The notes below the pieces were generated by a model, which ran no database searches, was not told the DNA's origin, and saw only the letters and a program-made list of their open reading frames with translations. Of a DNA stretch of 8,233 nucleotides, positions 1-6,220 are shown piece by piece. Both the position numbers and the translations under genes were made by a program. This stretch comes from a virus (Duplodnaviria; Heunggongvirae; Uroviricota; Caudoviricetes). Numbering within the stretch: the first letter of the stretch is position 1; the number at the start of each line of letters is the position of its first letter. The DNA lies in the IMG/VR virus record IMGVR_UViG_2548876858_000010, positions 1-8,233 of that record; one strand, 5' to 3'.

Positions 1-7
1 CCCACGC

Positions 8-54
8 CAGCGCAGACTCTTTTACCCGTTCTCTTCTGCGCTGGCTCTTTTTTT
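8..54 (+). terminator. Putative rho-independent terminator facing right (10-bp stem 8-17/35-44, 17-nt loop, T-run 48-54)
   Basis: Read directly: ccagcgcaga pairs with tctgcgctgg, followed by ctcttttttt. The loop is large, so confidence is moderate. Confidence 0.35.
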
Positions 55-229
55 ATGATGCTGCTGCATTTACCTCTGGCACCAGGCTTTCTATCTCAAC
101 ACAATACGTGGTACTTCTTGTAACCAATATCATAACGATTAATCGACATAGAATTTCTCCCGAGTACAGGAACAGAGTTAAAAAGCCGGAATCAAATCGC
201 AGGATGAACATCTGCCAGTAACAGGGCGT

Positions 230-258
230 AAAAAAAAGGCCGCGCCATGCGCAGCCGG
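230..258 (-). terminator. Putative rho-independent terminator for minus-strand transcription (GC-rich stem about 238-258, U8 tract from plus A-run 230-237)
   Basis: Minus-strand RNA reads ggcugcgc-aug-gcgcggcc then UUUUUUUU. Stem is 7-8 bp with one G-U pair. Confidence 0.45.
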
Positions 259-458
259 AAATAAAGGGATAACGATGATAGTTTGAGAAAAACAGAAATA
301 ACACTTTTGTTGCAGCGCATGGTGCCGGGTGCCTCCCGGTGAATTCAGCCGGTGTCACTGAACCCGCGTCGGCTTGCCTATAACATAATAAATGCTACCT
401 ACACCAGTCGCCCCTCCGCACAGGGGGATTCACCATGCAGTAGTGTTTTTAATAAACA

Positions 459-489
459 GCAAATAAAAAAATCAAGCATTATTTATGCT
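459..489 (-). terminator. Weak AT-rich hairpin plus U-tract at the end of the TerB/small-membrane operon
   Basis: Minus strand: AGCAU-AAAUA-AUGCU followed by UGAUUUUUUUAUUU. The stem is only 5 bp and AT-rich and overlaps the last codons of the 55-aa ORF. Confidence 0.3.
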
Positions 490-639
490 GTTTCTTTTTA
501 TCACCGACCACAGCAATACCACAATGCCGCAGACCAGCACCCCATCCGCCAGCACCGACATGATTCTGCTGGTGAAATCCACCATCACCACCAGAAACAG
601 CAGGAGTGCAGCCACAGTCAGGCGCAGTTTTACCGTCAC
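472..639 (-). CDS. Small hydrophobic protein (55 aa, two predicted transmembrane segments), translationally coupled to the TerB-like gene
   Basis: GTG start at 639..637 overlaps the TerB-like stop as GTGA; GGAG lies 8 nt upstream. Manual translation: MTVKLRLTVAALLLFLVVMVDFTSRIMSVLADGVLVCGIVVLLWSVIKRNSINNA. Below the ORF-track cutoff; start codon uncertain (in-frame ATGs at codons 19 and 27). Confidence 0.35.
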   Translation of the reverse strand: MTVKLRLTVAALLLFLVVMVDFTSRIMSVLADGVLVCGIVVLLWSVIKRNSINNA

Positions 640-1068
640 AGGTGATTCTCCAGACGAAGACCCAGAACACCGGCAATCTCTTCCAGCACCTTGCGCTCTT
701 CCGGCTCAATTTCGCCTTCTGCCTCCGCAATGGCCACCGCCACATCCAGCACATCTTCCGCTTCACGCGTATCGTGTTTCACATCCTCGATCTCACGTAA
801 CGCCGCACGACGACCAATTTTAAAGTTCGTATCCAGCTGACCGATAATGGTTGCGCTCATCGCATTAATTTCTGACGTAAACGCGGACAGCGCTGGCTGA
901 TTACGCAGTACCTGTTCGATCTTCGCTTTCTCGGAAGCCTCACATTCACCATCTGCACAGGCCACCAGGTATGCGGCGTTAATCACCGCCTGTGCCAGAT
1001 CGCGTTTTTCAAACTTTTTAATTTCCGTTGCCGCTCTGCGGGCTTTTTTTACCAAAAATACCAAACAT
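636..1068 (-). CDS. TerB-domain (tellurite-resistance TerB-like) protein with an apparent frame break at an A7 run near the 5' end
   Basis: Track ORF 636..1097 translates to a TerB-like sequence (…KKARRAATEIKKFEKRDLAQAVINAAYLVACADGECEASEKAKIEQVL… acidic C-terminus). The only ATG with a good SD (AAGGAA-N7-ATG, ATG at 1068..1066) gives MFGIFGKK then hits a stop after 16 codons. Removing one A from the A7 run (plus T7 at 1044-1050) joins it to the long frame. Confidence 0.65.
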
Positions 1069-1237
1069 CGTGACGTTCCTTTGGGTGGGTGAGCCAACGC
1101 CCGGGAGCGATCTGCCCACAGAGAAAGTCACACTGACCACTCCATAAGCTCCCCCCGAAAGGCTCTGTGGTTGGTATGCGCCGGGCGTGGTGCGGATACA
1201 AAAAAGGTCCGCAAAAGCGAGCGAGGGAAAATAAGTG

Positions 1238-1314
1238 TGGTGCGTTGTACTGGGTTCGAACCAGTGACCGATTGCTTAGAAGGCAATTGCTCTGTCCGGC
1301 TGAGCTAACAACGC
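1238..1314 (-). tRNA. argO: tRNA-Arg, anticodon TCT (77 nt)
   Basis: Manual cloverleaf: GCGTTGT/ACAACGC acceptor, GCTC/GAGC D-stem, anticodon loop CTTCTAA, ACTGG-TTCGAAC-CCAGT T-arm, 3' ACCA encoded. Symbol is by analogy with the Stx-phage ileZ-argN-argO triplet and is not verified. Confidence 0.85.
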
Positions 1315-1327
1315 AGAATACCGATAA

Positions 1328-1404
1328 TGGACCGCCATCGGAGACTCGAACCCCGCGAAACCAGCTTCGAAGGCTGGCGTTCTATCCCGATGAGCTAATG
1401 GCGG
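1328..1404 (-). tRNA. argN: tRNA-Arg, anticodon TCG (77 nt); one D-stem mismatch and discriminator U
   Basis: Manual cloverleaf: CCGCCAT/ATGGCGG acceptor, anticodon stem CCAGC/GCTGG with loop CTTCGAA, T-loop TTCGAGT, 3' TCCA. D-stem GCTC/GAAC has one mismatch. Symbol by analogy only. Confidence 0.75.
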
Positions 1405-1405
1405 T

Positions 1406-1481
1406 TGGTGGCCCTTGCTGGATTTGAACCAGCGACCTGGCGATTATGAGTCGCTCGCTCTCACCACTGAGCTAAAGGGCC
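1406..1481 (-). tRNA. ileZ: tRNA with CAT anticodon, ileX-like (probable lysidine tRNA-Ile2; elongator Met not excluded)
   Basis: GGCCCTT…AAGGGCC acceptor, anticodon loop CTCATAA, T-loop TTCAAAT, CCA encoded. Close to the E. coli ileX sequence from memory. Separated by 1 nt from the next tRNA. Confidence 0.85.
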
Positions 1482-1521
1482 GGGAGCAGAATAATAACGG
1501 TGCATAATTAATTCTTCAATA

Positions 1522-2580
1522 TCATCCGTTCTGGCTGACTAAATCCTGTACTTCCCGAACCGTCTGCTCAAAACGTTCAGTCTCCAGTTCAACACCAGTT
1601 GCACGACGTCCCAGCGCCATCGCTGCTTTGACTGTCGAACCCGACCCCATGAAGAAATCTGCAACCAGGTCTCCCGGACGACTGCTTGCGCTGATTATCT
1701 GCTGCAACATTTCTGCCGGTTTTTCGCACGGATGTTTCCCGGGATAGTAATGCATCGGTTTATGCGTCCACACATCGGTGTACGGCACCTGCACCGTCAC
1801 ACCGAAATACCGCCGCAGATGCTTATATTCACTCTGCAGTTCCGTATACTGCCGGTTCAGTTCACTGTATGTGCTGACCAGCTGGTGGTGTGGCTTTTCC
1901 AGTTCACAGCGTTGATGTTTTTCTGCTGCAACACGCGCAAACAACGCCTGTAATTTCAGATAATCGCCTTCGTTCGGCAACTGCCACTGACTGATACCAA
2001 ACCAGTGCGAAACCATGTTTTTCTTTCCGGTGGCTTCCGCTATCTGTTTTGACGTTATTCCCAGTGATTTACGCGCATCACGAAAGTAAGAAATCAGCGG
2101 GGCCATGACGTGCTGTTTTAGCTCGCGCCCCTTTGCCGCATAGCCGTCATTTTTGGGCTGGTATGGCCCCTGATAATGTTCTGCAAACAGAATGCGTTCT
2201 GTTGCCGGGAAATACGCCCGCAGGCTTTCCTTGTTGCATCCGTTCCAGCGTCCGGACGGCTTCGCCCAGATAATATGGTTCAGCACACTGAAGCGTTCAC
2301 GCATCATGATTTCGATATCAGATGCCAGGCGATGACCACAGAACAGGTAAAGACTTCCGGCAGGTTTCAGCACCCGCCAGAACTGCGCCAGACACTGGTC
2401 CAGCCACTTCAGGTAATCATCGTCGCCCTTCCACTGGTTATCCCAGCCCTCAGGCTTCACTTTAAAGTACGGCGGGTCCGTGACTATCAGGTCAACAGAA
2501 TTTTCGGGTAACGACCGGATAAATTCCAGGCAGTCGGCGTTGATTAACTCACAACTGGATATTTTTACAGTATTAAGCAT
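1522..2580 (-). CDS. Orphan DNA methyltransferase, beta-class (likely N6-adenine; N4-cytosine not excluded), 352 aa
   Basis: Track ORF. Catalytic DPPY motif near the N-terminus (LIVTDPPYF) and AdoMet motif FFMGSGST near the C-terminus, the order typical of beta-class amino-MTases. No adjacent restriction endonuclease ORF. Confidence 0.9.
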   Translation of the reverse strand: MLNTVKISSCELINADCLEFIRSLPENSVDLIVTDPPYFKVKPEGWDNQWKGDDDYLKWLDQCLAQFWRVLKPAGSLYLFCGHRLASDIEIMMRERFSVLNHIIWAKPSGRWNGCNKESLRAYFPATERILFAEHYQGPYQPKNDGYAAKGRELKQHVMAPLISYFRDARKSLGITSKQIAEATGKKNMVSHWFGISQWQLPNEGDYLKLQALFARVAAEKHQRCELEKPHHQLVSTYSELNRQYTELQSEYKHLRRYFGVTVQVPYTDVWTHKPMHYYPGKHPCEKPAEMLQQIISASSRPGDLVADFFMGSGSTVKAAMALGRRATGVELETERFEQTVREVQDLVSQNG

Positions 2581-2672
2581 GGATCATTAAGCCTGTCTCT
2601 GATAGGCTCATTCTGCTTTTGCGCAAAGCAGTGGGCCTGAGGTTTGCTTGTGAACCCAACGCATGAGCAGAT

Positions 2673-2703
2673 GGCTGGTGGGTGCCCCTAACACCCACCA
2701 GCC
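2673..2703 (-). promoter_or_regulatory. Perfect 12-bp inverted repeat with 7-nt loop in the methyltransferase leader
   Basis: ggctggtgggtg-cccctaa-cacccaccagcc read directly. No U-tract follows on either strand, so it is not an intrinsic terminator. Further hairpins at about 2613-2631 and 2590-2606. Confidence 0.35.
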
Positions 2704-2716
2704 GCCCATTTACCAC

Positions 2717-2744
2717 AAATAAAAAAGCCTTCACTGCGGAAGGC
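2717..2744 (-). terminator. Rho-independent terminator at the 3' end of the small HTH-like ORF
   Basis: Minus strand GCCUUC-cgcagu-GAAGGC followed by UUUUUUAUUU. The stem includes the stop codon. Confidence 0.5.
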
Positions 2745-2928
2745 GTCTGTAACAACCGAACTGATAGTCTGCCAGACCCGCCATAACCAGCTGGGTCAGT
2801 ATTAACTGGCAGCGTTCGCGTGAAAGGTAAGTATTCTGTGCAATCTCCCCGACTGTCGCCGGTTCGGTAACGCTTAATTCATTAAACACTACTCTGGCGG
2901 TTTCTGTCATATCCTGCTGTTTTAGCAT
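2731..2928 (-). CDS. Small protein (65 aa) with a helix-turn-helix-like segment; possible DNA-binding regulator
   Basis: Internal ATG at 2928 preceded by AAGGGAAAAAGAC; the longer track ORF (to 3015) would run into the pR'/tR' region. Sequence MLKQQDMTETARVVFNELSVTEPATVGEIAQNTYLSRERCQLILTQLVMAGLADYQFGCYRRLPQ. Function is inferred. Confidence 0.5.
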   Translation of the reverse strand: MLKQQDMTETARVVFNELSVTEPATVGEIAQNTYLSRERCQLILTQLVMAGLADYQFGCYRRLPQ

Positions 2929-3048
2929 GTCTTTTTCCCTTTTCCGGTTAACGTGACACACCAATAACTCTTGTCGAAAAAGCCAGCAAGCTGAAAGACA
3001 GGTATTCACCGCCACCAGCGCGTTTACTGTACTGACGCGATTTCAGTC

Positions 3049-3072
3049 ATAAAAAACCCGCCAGGCGGCGGG
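3049..3072 (-). terminator. tR'-like intrinsic terminator downstream of the late promoter
   Basis: Minus strand CCCGCC-gccu-GGCGGG followed by UUUUUUAU, about 60 nt downstream of the predicted pR' start. Confidence 0.6.
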
Positions 3073-3121
3073 GTGTAAAAAATCTTCTAACGTCAGGCAT
3101 AAAACGCCCATCGTTAGAGCA

Positions 3122-3149
3122 AATTTACCACAGATTCGGGAAAAATCAA
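3122..3149 (-). promoter_or_regulatory. pR'-like late promoter with Q-utilisation region
   Basis: Minus strand TTGATT-(16 nt)-TAAATT then TGCTCTAACGATGGG, resembling lambda pR' (TTGACT-N17-TAAATT-TGACTCAACGATGGG) as recalled. Lies immediately downstream of the Q stop. Confidence 0.55.
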
Positions 3150-3154
3150 CAACA

Positions 3155-3976
3155 CTATCGCGTTACCCTCTTTAACTGCCGCTCCGCCCATGCCTCTTCA
3201 ATGTCAAACCGAACCACCAACGTATCGTAAAAGCGTTTCACTGATTTTTTCCACGTATCAAGCGTGATAGCACTCGTCACTTTGCATATGGCATTAAATG
3301 CCTCCGTTGATGGCAGCCTTTCACAGCCACGACCACCACAACGCTGGCAATCTCTGATAACAGGCATACCACGTTTTACCGACTCTTCACGATGAATGGC
3401 GACACCACGCCCACGGCAATCCTTACAGGCGGTGGAAACCTCACCCTTTCCGCCACACTCCGGACAGGCAACTTTTACCACCTCCCTGACTTTTTTCCAT
3501 TCTTCCCAGTAAGACGGATACACGCCTTTTGTGCACTTTGCCCACACTGGTGGCTTACCATCCGGATACTGGATCTTGTTTGTAAAAACCTCGCTTTCAA
3601 TAAATTTTTTTCCGTGACAGCAGGGGCACTGTTTTTTGCTCGCCGCGCTACGGGCATAATCTTCAAACGCATACGAAGCCATAATGCGCATCACTACCGG
3701 TTTTATTTCTGCCGGAAGTTTTCTCAACGCCGCCACACGATCGCACCGACTGAGTGCATAATCTGCCAGTAATTCTGTTGCCCGCGCCCTGTCATTCATA
3801 CTGATGCCCATTTTCCCCAGGAACGCAGAAAACCCCATCTCAGCCCGATTCTGTGTCATGCCCTGCGCGGCCATCACATCAGTGATACTCAGCGCATCTT
3901 TTGACGTTGAGGCCGATGCATCGGTCAGGCCAGGGGATTTTGGGGAGTAGTATTTCGGTAAATCTTCCAGTTTCAT
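3155..3976 (-). CDS. Q-family late-gene antitermination protein (273 aa) with DnaJ-like CxxCxGxG zinc-finger repeats
   Basis: Track ORF. ATG overlaps the rusA stop (ATGA). Motifs CPECGGKG, CKDCRGRG, CQRCGGRG plus CPCCHGKK. Directly upstream of pR'/tR'. Size and position resemble Qin quuQ-type Q proteins (recalled). Confidence 0.8.
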   Translation of the reverse strand: MKLEDLPKYYSPKSPGLTDASASTSKDALSITDVMAAQGMTQNRAEMGFSAFLGKMGISMNDRARATELLADYALSRCDRVAALRKLPAEIKPVVMRIMASYAFEDYARSAASKKQCPCCHGKKFIESEVFTNKIQYPDGKPPVWAKCTKGVYPSYWEEWKKVREVVKVACPECGGKGEVSTACKDCRGRGVAIHREESVKRGMPVIRDCQRCGGRGCERLPSTEAFNAICKVTSAITLDTWKKSVKRFYDTLVVRFDIEEAWAERQLKRVTR

Positions 3977-4347
3977 TTTTTGACCTGCCCTTCAAGCATT
4001 ATGGGGTAAATCTTCACCCCCAGACGTCCACCAGATACTGGCTGACCACGAACGATATTGATTTCATCAAACTGCTCATCGTCCATTAACACTCCCGCAT
4101 GCGTCAGCGCATCCAGCGGTGCTTTCAGGATATTGTCCAGGTCGCGACGACGCTTATCCGGTGGCTCTGCAATCACCTTTATCGCCAGCCTTCCGGACAG
4201 GCTTAATTTCAGCCGCTGCTGGCGAACAATAAGCGCCACAGCCCGGCGATAACGCTTTCCCTCCTCCGAGATAAAATATGTGCTGCCACGGCGTCGCCAG
4301 TAAGTGTTCACCGTCGGCGGGTAAGGTAAAACCAAATCTATGAGCAT
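3973..4347 (-). CDS. rusA: RusA Holliday-junction resolvase (124 aa)
   Basis: Track ORF MLIDLVLPYPPTVNTYWRRRG…DKRRRDLDNILKAPLDALTHAGVLMDDEQF… matches the RusA family signature. Strong SD AAGAGGTGA upstream. Confidence 0.9.
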   Translation of the reverse strand: MLIDLVLPYPPTVNTYWRRRGSTYFISEEGKRYRRAVALIVRQQRLKLSLSGRLAIKVIAEPPDKRRRDLDNILKAPLDALTHAGVLMDDEQFDEINIVRGQPVSGGRLGVKIYPIMLEGQVKK

Positions 4348-4359
4348 CAGTCACCTCTT

Positions 4360-5406
4360 TTACCCAAGCACGCCAGTTGCAAAGGCGTGATCAAGAAAAC
4401 GAAAAATTAAATCAACCTGAGAACCATGCTTTTCTTCGAACGCCAGAGGATCCGCATGAAGCTCGTTGTGATGCTCCCGACACAGCGGTAGCGTGAAAAT
4501 ATCGTGAGATTTTGTCCCCATTCCGCCCTGACCATGACCAATCAGGTGATGGGGATCGTCGGCTGGCTTACCACAACACGCACACGGCTGTGTCTTCACC
4601 CAGCGTGTGTATTTCTCGTTAACCCAGCGGCGACGTTTAGGTCGTTTCATGAAAGATTCCGGAGACTCAGGATCAACGGCAATGCTGACCACCGTCTCTT
4701 CCTGTGGCGGGTTTTGCTGGTGGGCGTGAGGCAGCGGCGCAAGATTTTTTGTGCGCTGCTTCAGTATGCTGGTGGCGGTCTGCTCTCCCGGTACGATGTC
4801 GCTTTCACGGTACATTGAGCGGATTTTTTCCGCACGCAACCCCAGCGAACGACGTAATACCGCTTCCGGTAGCGCGTCCGCCACCTGATTGCGGACCGCC
4901 CACCAGGATAATTCAGCCAGCGATAATTCCCGTTCCTGCGAGCCATTCATTGCATGGAGTATGACGTCAATCATCCATGCAGACAGGTTTTGGTGAGCAA
5001 GTTGCCCGAGTGATTCGGAGGTCTGGTCGCGCAGCTGGTTGTCGCAGTGCCAGCACAACACCATTGCGCCGGTACCATAACGGTGAATGACGGTTTCACT
5101 GTGGTGATAATCGCCGTGTGGCCACTGGCAGGATTTAACATGGCGCAGTAACCAGTCAGACAATGCGCCAGCGCCACCAGCAGCACGAATCACTCGTTCG
5201 TCGCTGAAAAATGGCAGTAATGATTTATCCTCCGCCAGCGGCTGGCGAACGGCAGGAACGACCCCGGACGACAGATTACGCATGCTTTTCGGTTCCGGCT
5301 CCACCAGTACCCGGGTATTGTGGAATACCGGCATGGATTCACAGCCCGGCTTAACGATCACCAGCCCGAGTTCCGGTACCAGAACAGGTCGAAGTAATAC
5401 CCGCAC
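4360..5406 (-). CDS. ydfU: DUF968/YdfU-like prophage protein with C-terminal HNH-like Cys/His motif (348 aa)
   Basis: Track ORF. GTG start at 5406 preceded by GGAGG-N4; alternative ATG at 5334. C-terminus CACCGKPADDPHHLIGHG…LCREHHNELH. Symbol by synteny with Qin (hokD-rem-ydfU-quuQ) and similar length, recalled not verified. Confidence 0.75.
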   Translation of the reverse strand: MRVLLRPVLVPELGLVIVKPGCESMPVFHNTRVLVEPEPKSMRNLSSGVVPAVRQPLAEDKSLLPFFSDERVIRAAGGAGALSDWLLRHVKSCQWPHGDYHHSETVIHRYGTGAMVLCWHCDNQLRDQTSESLGQLAHQNLSAWMIDVILHAMNGSQERELSLAELSWWAVRNQVADALPEAVLRRSLGLRAEKIRSMYRESDIVPGEQTATSILKQRTKNLAPLPHAHQQNPPQEETVVSIAVDPESPESFMKRPKRRRWVNEKYTRWVKTQPCACCGKPADDPHHLIGHGQGGMGTKSHDIFTLPLCREHHNELHADPLAFEEKHGSQVDLIFRFLDHAFATGVLG

Positions 5407-5407
5407 G

Positions 5408-5686
5408 TTACCTCCAGATACGTTGCTGGAATGTGCGGGACGGACGCGGTGGCCGTTCGGAGTAAGGGAGCCTGACGGAGATTATCCAGTGACGGTAGTC
5501 GAGGCTAAGGGCTTTTTTAACCTCGCATCCGCGCCTGCGGTAACACTGAATGAGCCATTCGGCCTGTTCTTCAGTGCATGGGGGGTGCTGGTACCAGTCT
5601 GACTTAAATGCATGAGAATACCGCTCGTGCGTGTGGGCAAGAACGGTCGAATTATCATGATTGTAATATTTTGCGTTGCGTGCCAT
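5408..5686 (-). CDS. Hypothetical prophage protein (92 aa), His/Cys-containing, directly upstream of the DUF968 gene
   Basis: Track ORF with ATG at 5686 and GGAG 9 nt upstream. Its stop is 1 nt from the DUF968 GTG start. I cannot assign a family from memory. Confidence 0.55.
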   Translation of the reverse strand: MARNAKYYNHDNSTVLAHTHERYSHAFKSDWYQHPPCTEEQAEWLIQCYRRRGCEVKKALSLDYRHWIISVRLPYSERPPRPSRTFQQRIWR

Positions 5687-5752
5687 CGGTTTTCTCCGGT
5701 GGCACGGTGTTACTCAGCGGGAGTTCAGCCCCGCGCAAGATTGTAGATGAGT

Positions 5753-6004
5753 TTATTCTTCTGAAAAAGCAGAAAAGCCAGCTTTTATTCCGATCTCTTT
5801 CAATGCCTGTAATGAAGTGACAAACTCACCGTCGCGCAAGATAAATCCGTCCGTCACTCGGGCATCCACAAAATTAATTAACGCAGCCCCATTTTTTTGC
5901 AAACACACAATGCGGTAATGACTAACAATATTTCCATTTTCAACGCACACAGCATAGAGGCCATCTTCACAAAAAATTTTACGCAGTTCTTCGATGTTCA
6001 TCAT
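5753..6004 (-). CDS. rem: Rem-like small prophage protein (83 aa)
   Basis: Track ORF with tandem ATG ATG start and SD GGAAGGA. Same length and same position (between hok and ydfU-like) as rem in Qin; sequence identity not verified. Confidence 0.55.
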   Translation of the reverse strand: MMNIEELRKIFCEDGLYAVCVENGNIVSHYRIVCLQKNGAALINFVDARVTDGFILRDGEFVTSLQALKEIGIKAGFSAFSEE

Positions 6005-6082
6005 CAGAATCCTTCCGGATAATTAGCTCTCCCCTTTAAGGGACCATCCCTCTTATCCCTGCGCGCTACTTAAGTATTTTTG

Positions 6083-6112
6083 ATTCTATTCCGGCACCGT
6101 CCAGAACTTCAA
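6083..6112 (-). promoter_or_regulatory. Candidate sigma70 promoter upstream of rem-like gene (TTGAAG-N18-TAGAAT)
   Basis: Hexamers read directly on the minus strand between the hok terminator and the rem SD. Confidence 0.3.
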
Positions 6113-6122
6113 ACGCGTTGAA

Positions 6123-6150
6123 AATAAAAACAAAAACCCGCCGAAGCGGG
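6123..6150 (-). terminator. Rho-independent terminator of the hok transcript
   Basis: Minus strand CCCGC-UUCG-GCGGG followed by UUUUUGUUUUUAUUUU. Confidence 0.6.
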
Positions 6151-6220
6151 TTAAGTGCGGGTGCGTTGAGGATGCCTGACACATCAGAGGTGGCGAGGGA
6201 TTTCTCCCCCGCCTGGTCTC

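Noticed and set aside
53-823. Track ORFs 53..358(-), 352..645(+), 479..766(-), 485..823(+), 606..800(+)
   Set aside because: Implausible composition (Cys/Trp/His/Gln-rich strings), no SDs, and overlap or antisense position relative to better-supported features.
636-1097. Track version of the TerB-like ORF starting at a TTG (MAHPPKGTSRCLVFLV…)
   Set aside because: The N-terminal extension has no SD and implausible sequence. A well-placed ATG with SD exists at 1068 in the adjacent frame, so the extension is read-through upstream of a frame break rather than the real N-terminus.
1-1100. Shiga-toxin genes (stxA/stxB) expected downstream of the ileZ-argN-argO-like tRNAs
   Set aside because: No ORF here resembles an A subunit (~315 aa) or B subunit (~89 aa); the slot holds the TerB-like gene and a small membrane ORF.
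1167-1427. Plus-strand 86-aa ORF
   Set aside because: It lies across the three minus-strand tRNA genes and is an antisense artefact of structured tRNA sequence.
2573-2755. 60-aa minus-strand ORF across the MTase leader
   Set aside because: It spans the terminator and the 12-bp inverted repeat and overlaps the MTase start; more likely structured non-coding leader.
2731-3015. 94-aa version of the small HTH-like ORF starting at 3015
   Set aside because: The extension would begin inside the pR'/tR' region with no SD; the internal ATG at 2928 has a clear SD.
1732-5820. Antisense or overlapping track ORFs inside the MTase, Q, rusA, DUF968 and 92-aa genes (for example 1732..1953, 2176..2511, 3392..3772, 3475..3672, 3901..4089, 4058..4252, 4154..4354, 4504..4818, 4704..4964, 4761..4946, 4971..5186, 5282..5602, 5608..5820)
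   Set aside because: Each is fully embedded in, and out of frame with or antisense to, a well-supported gene with recognisable motifs; none has a convincing start signal.
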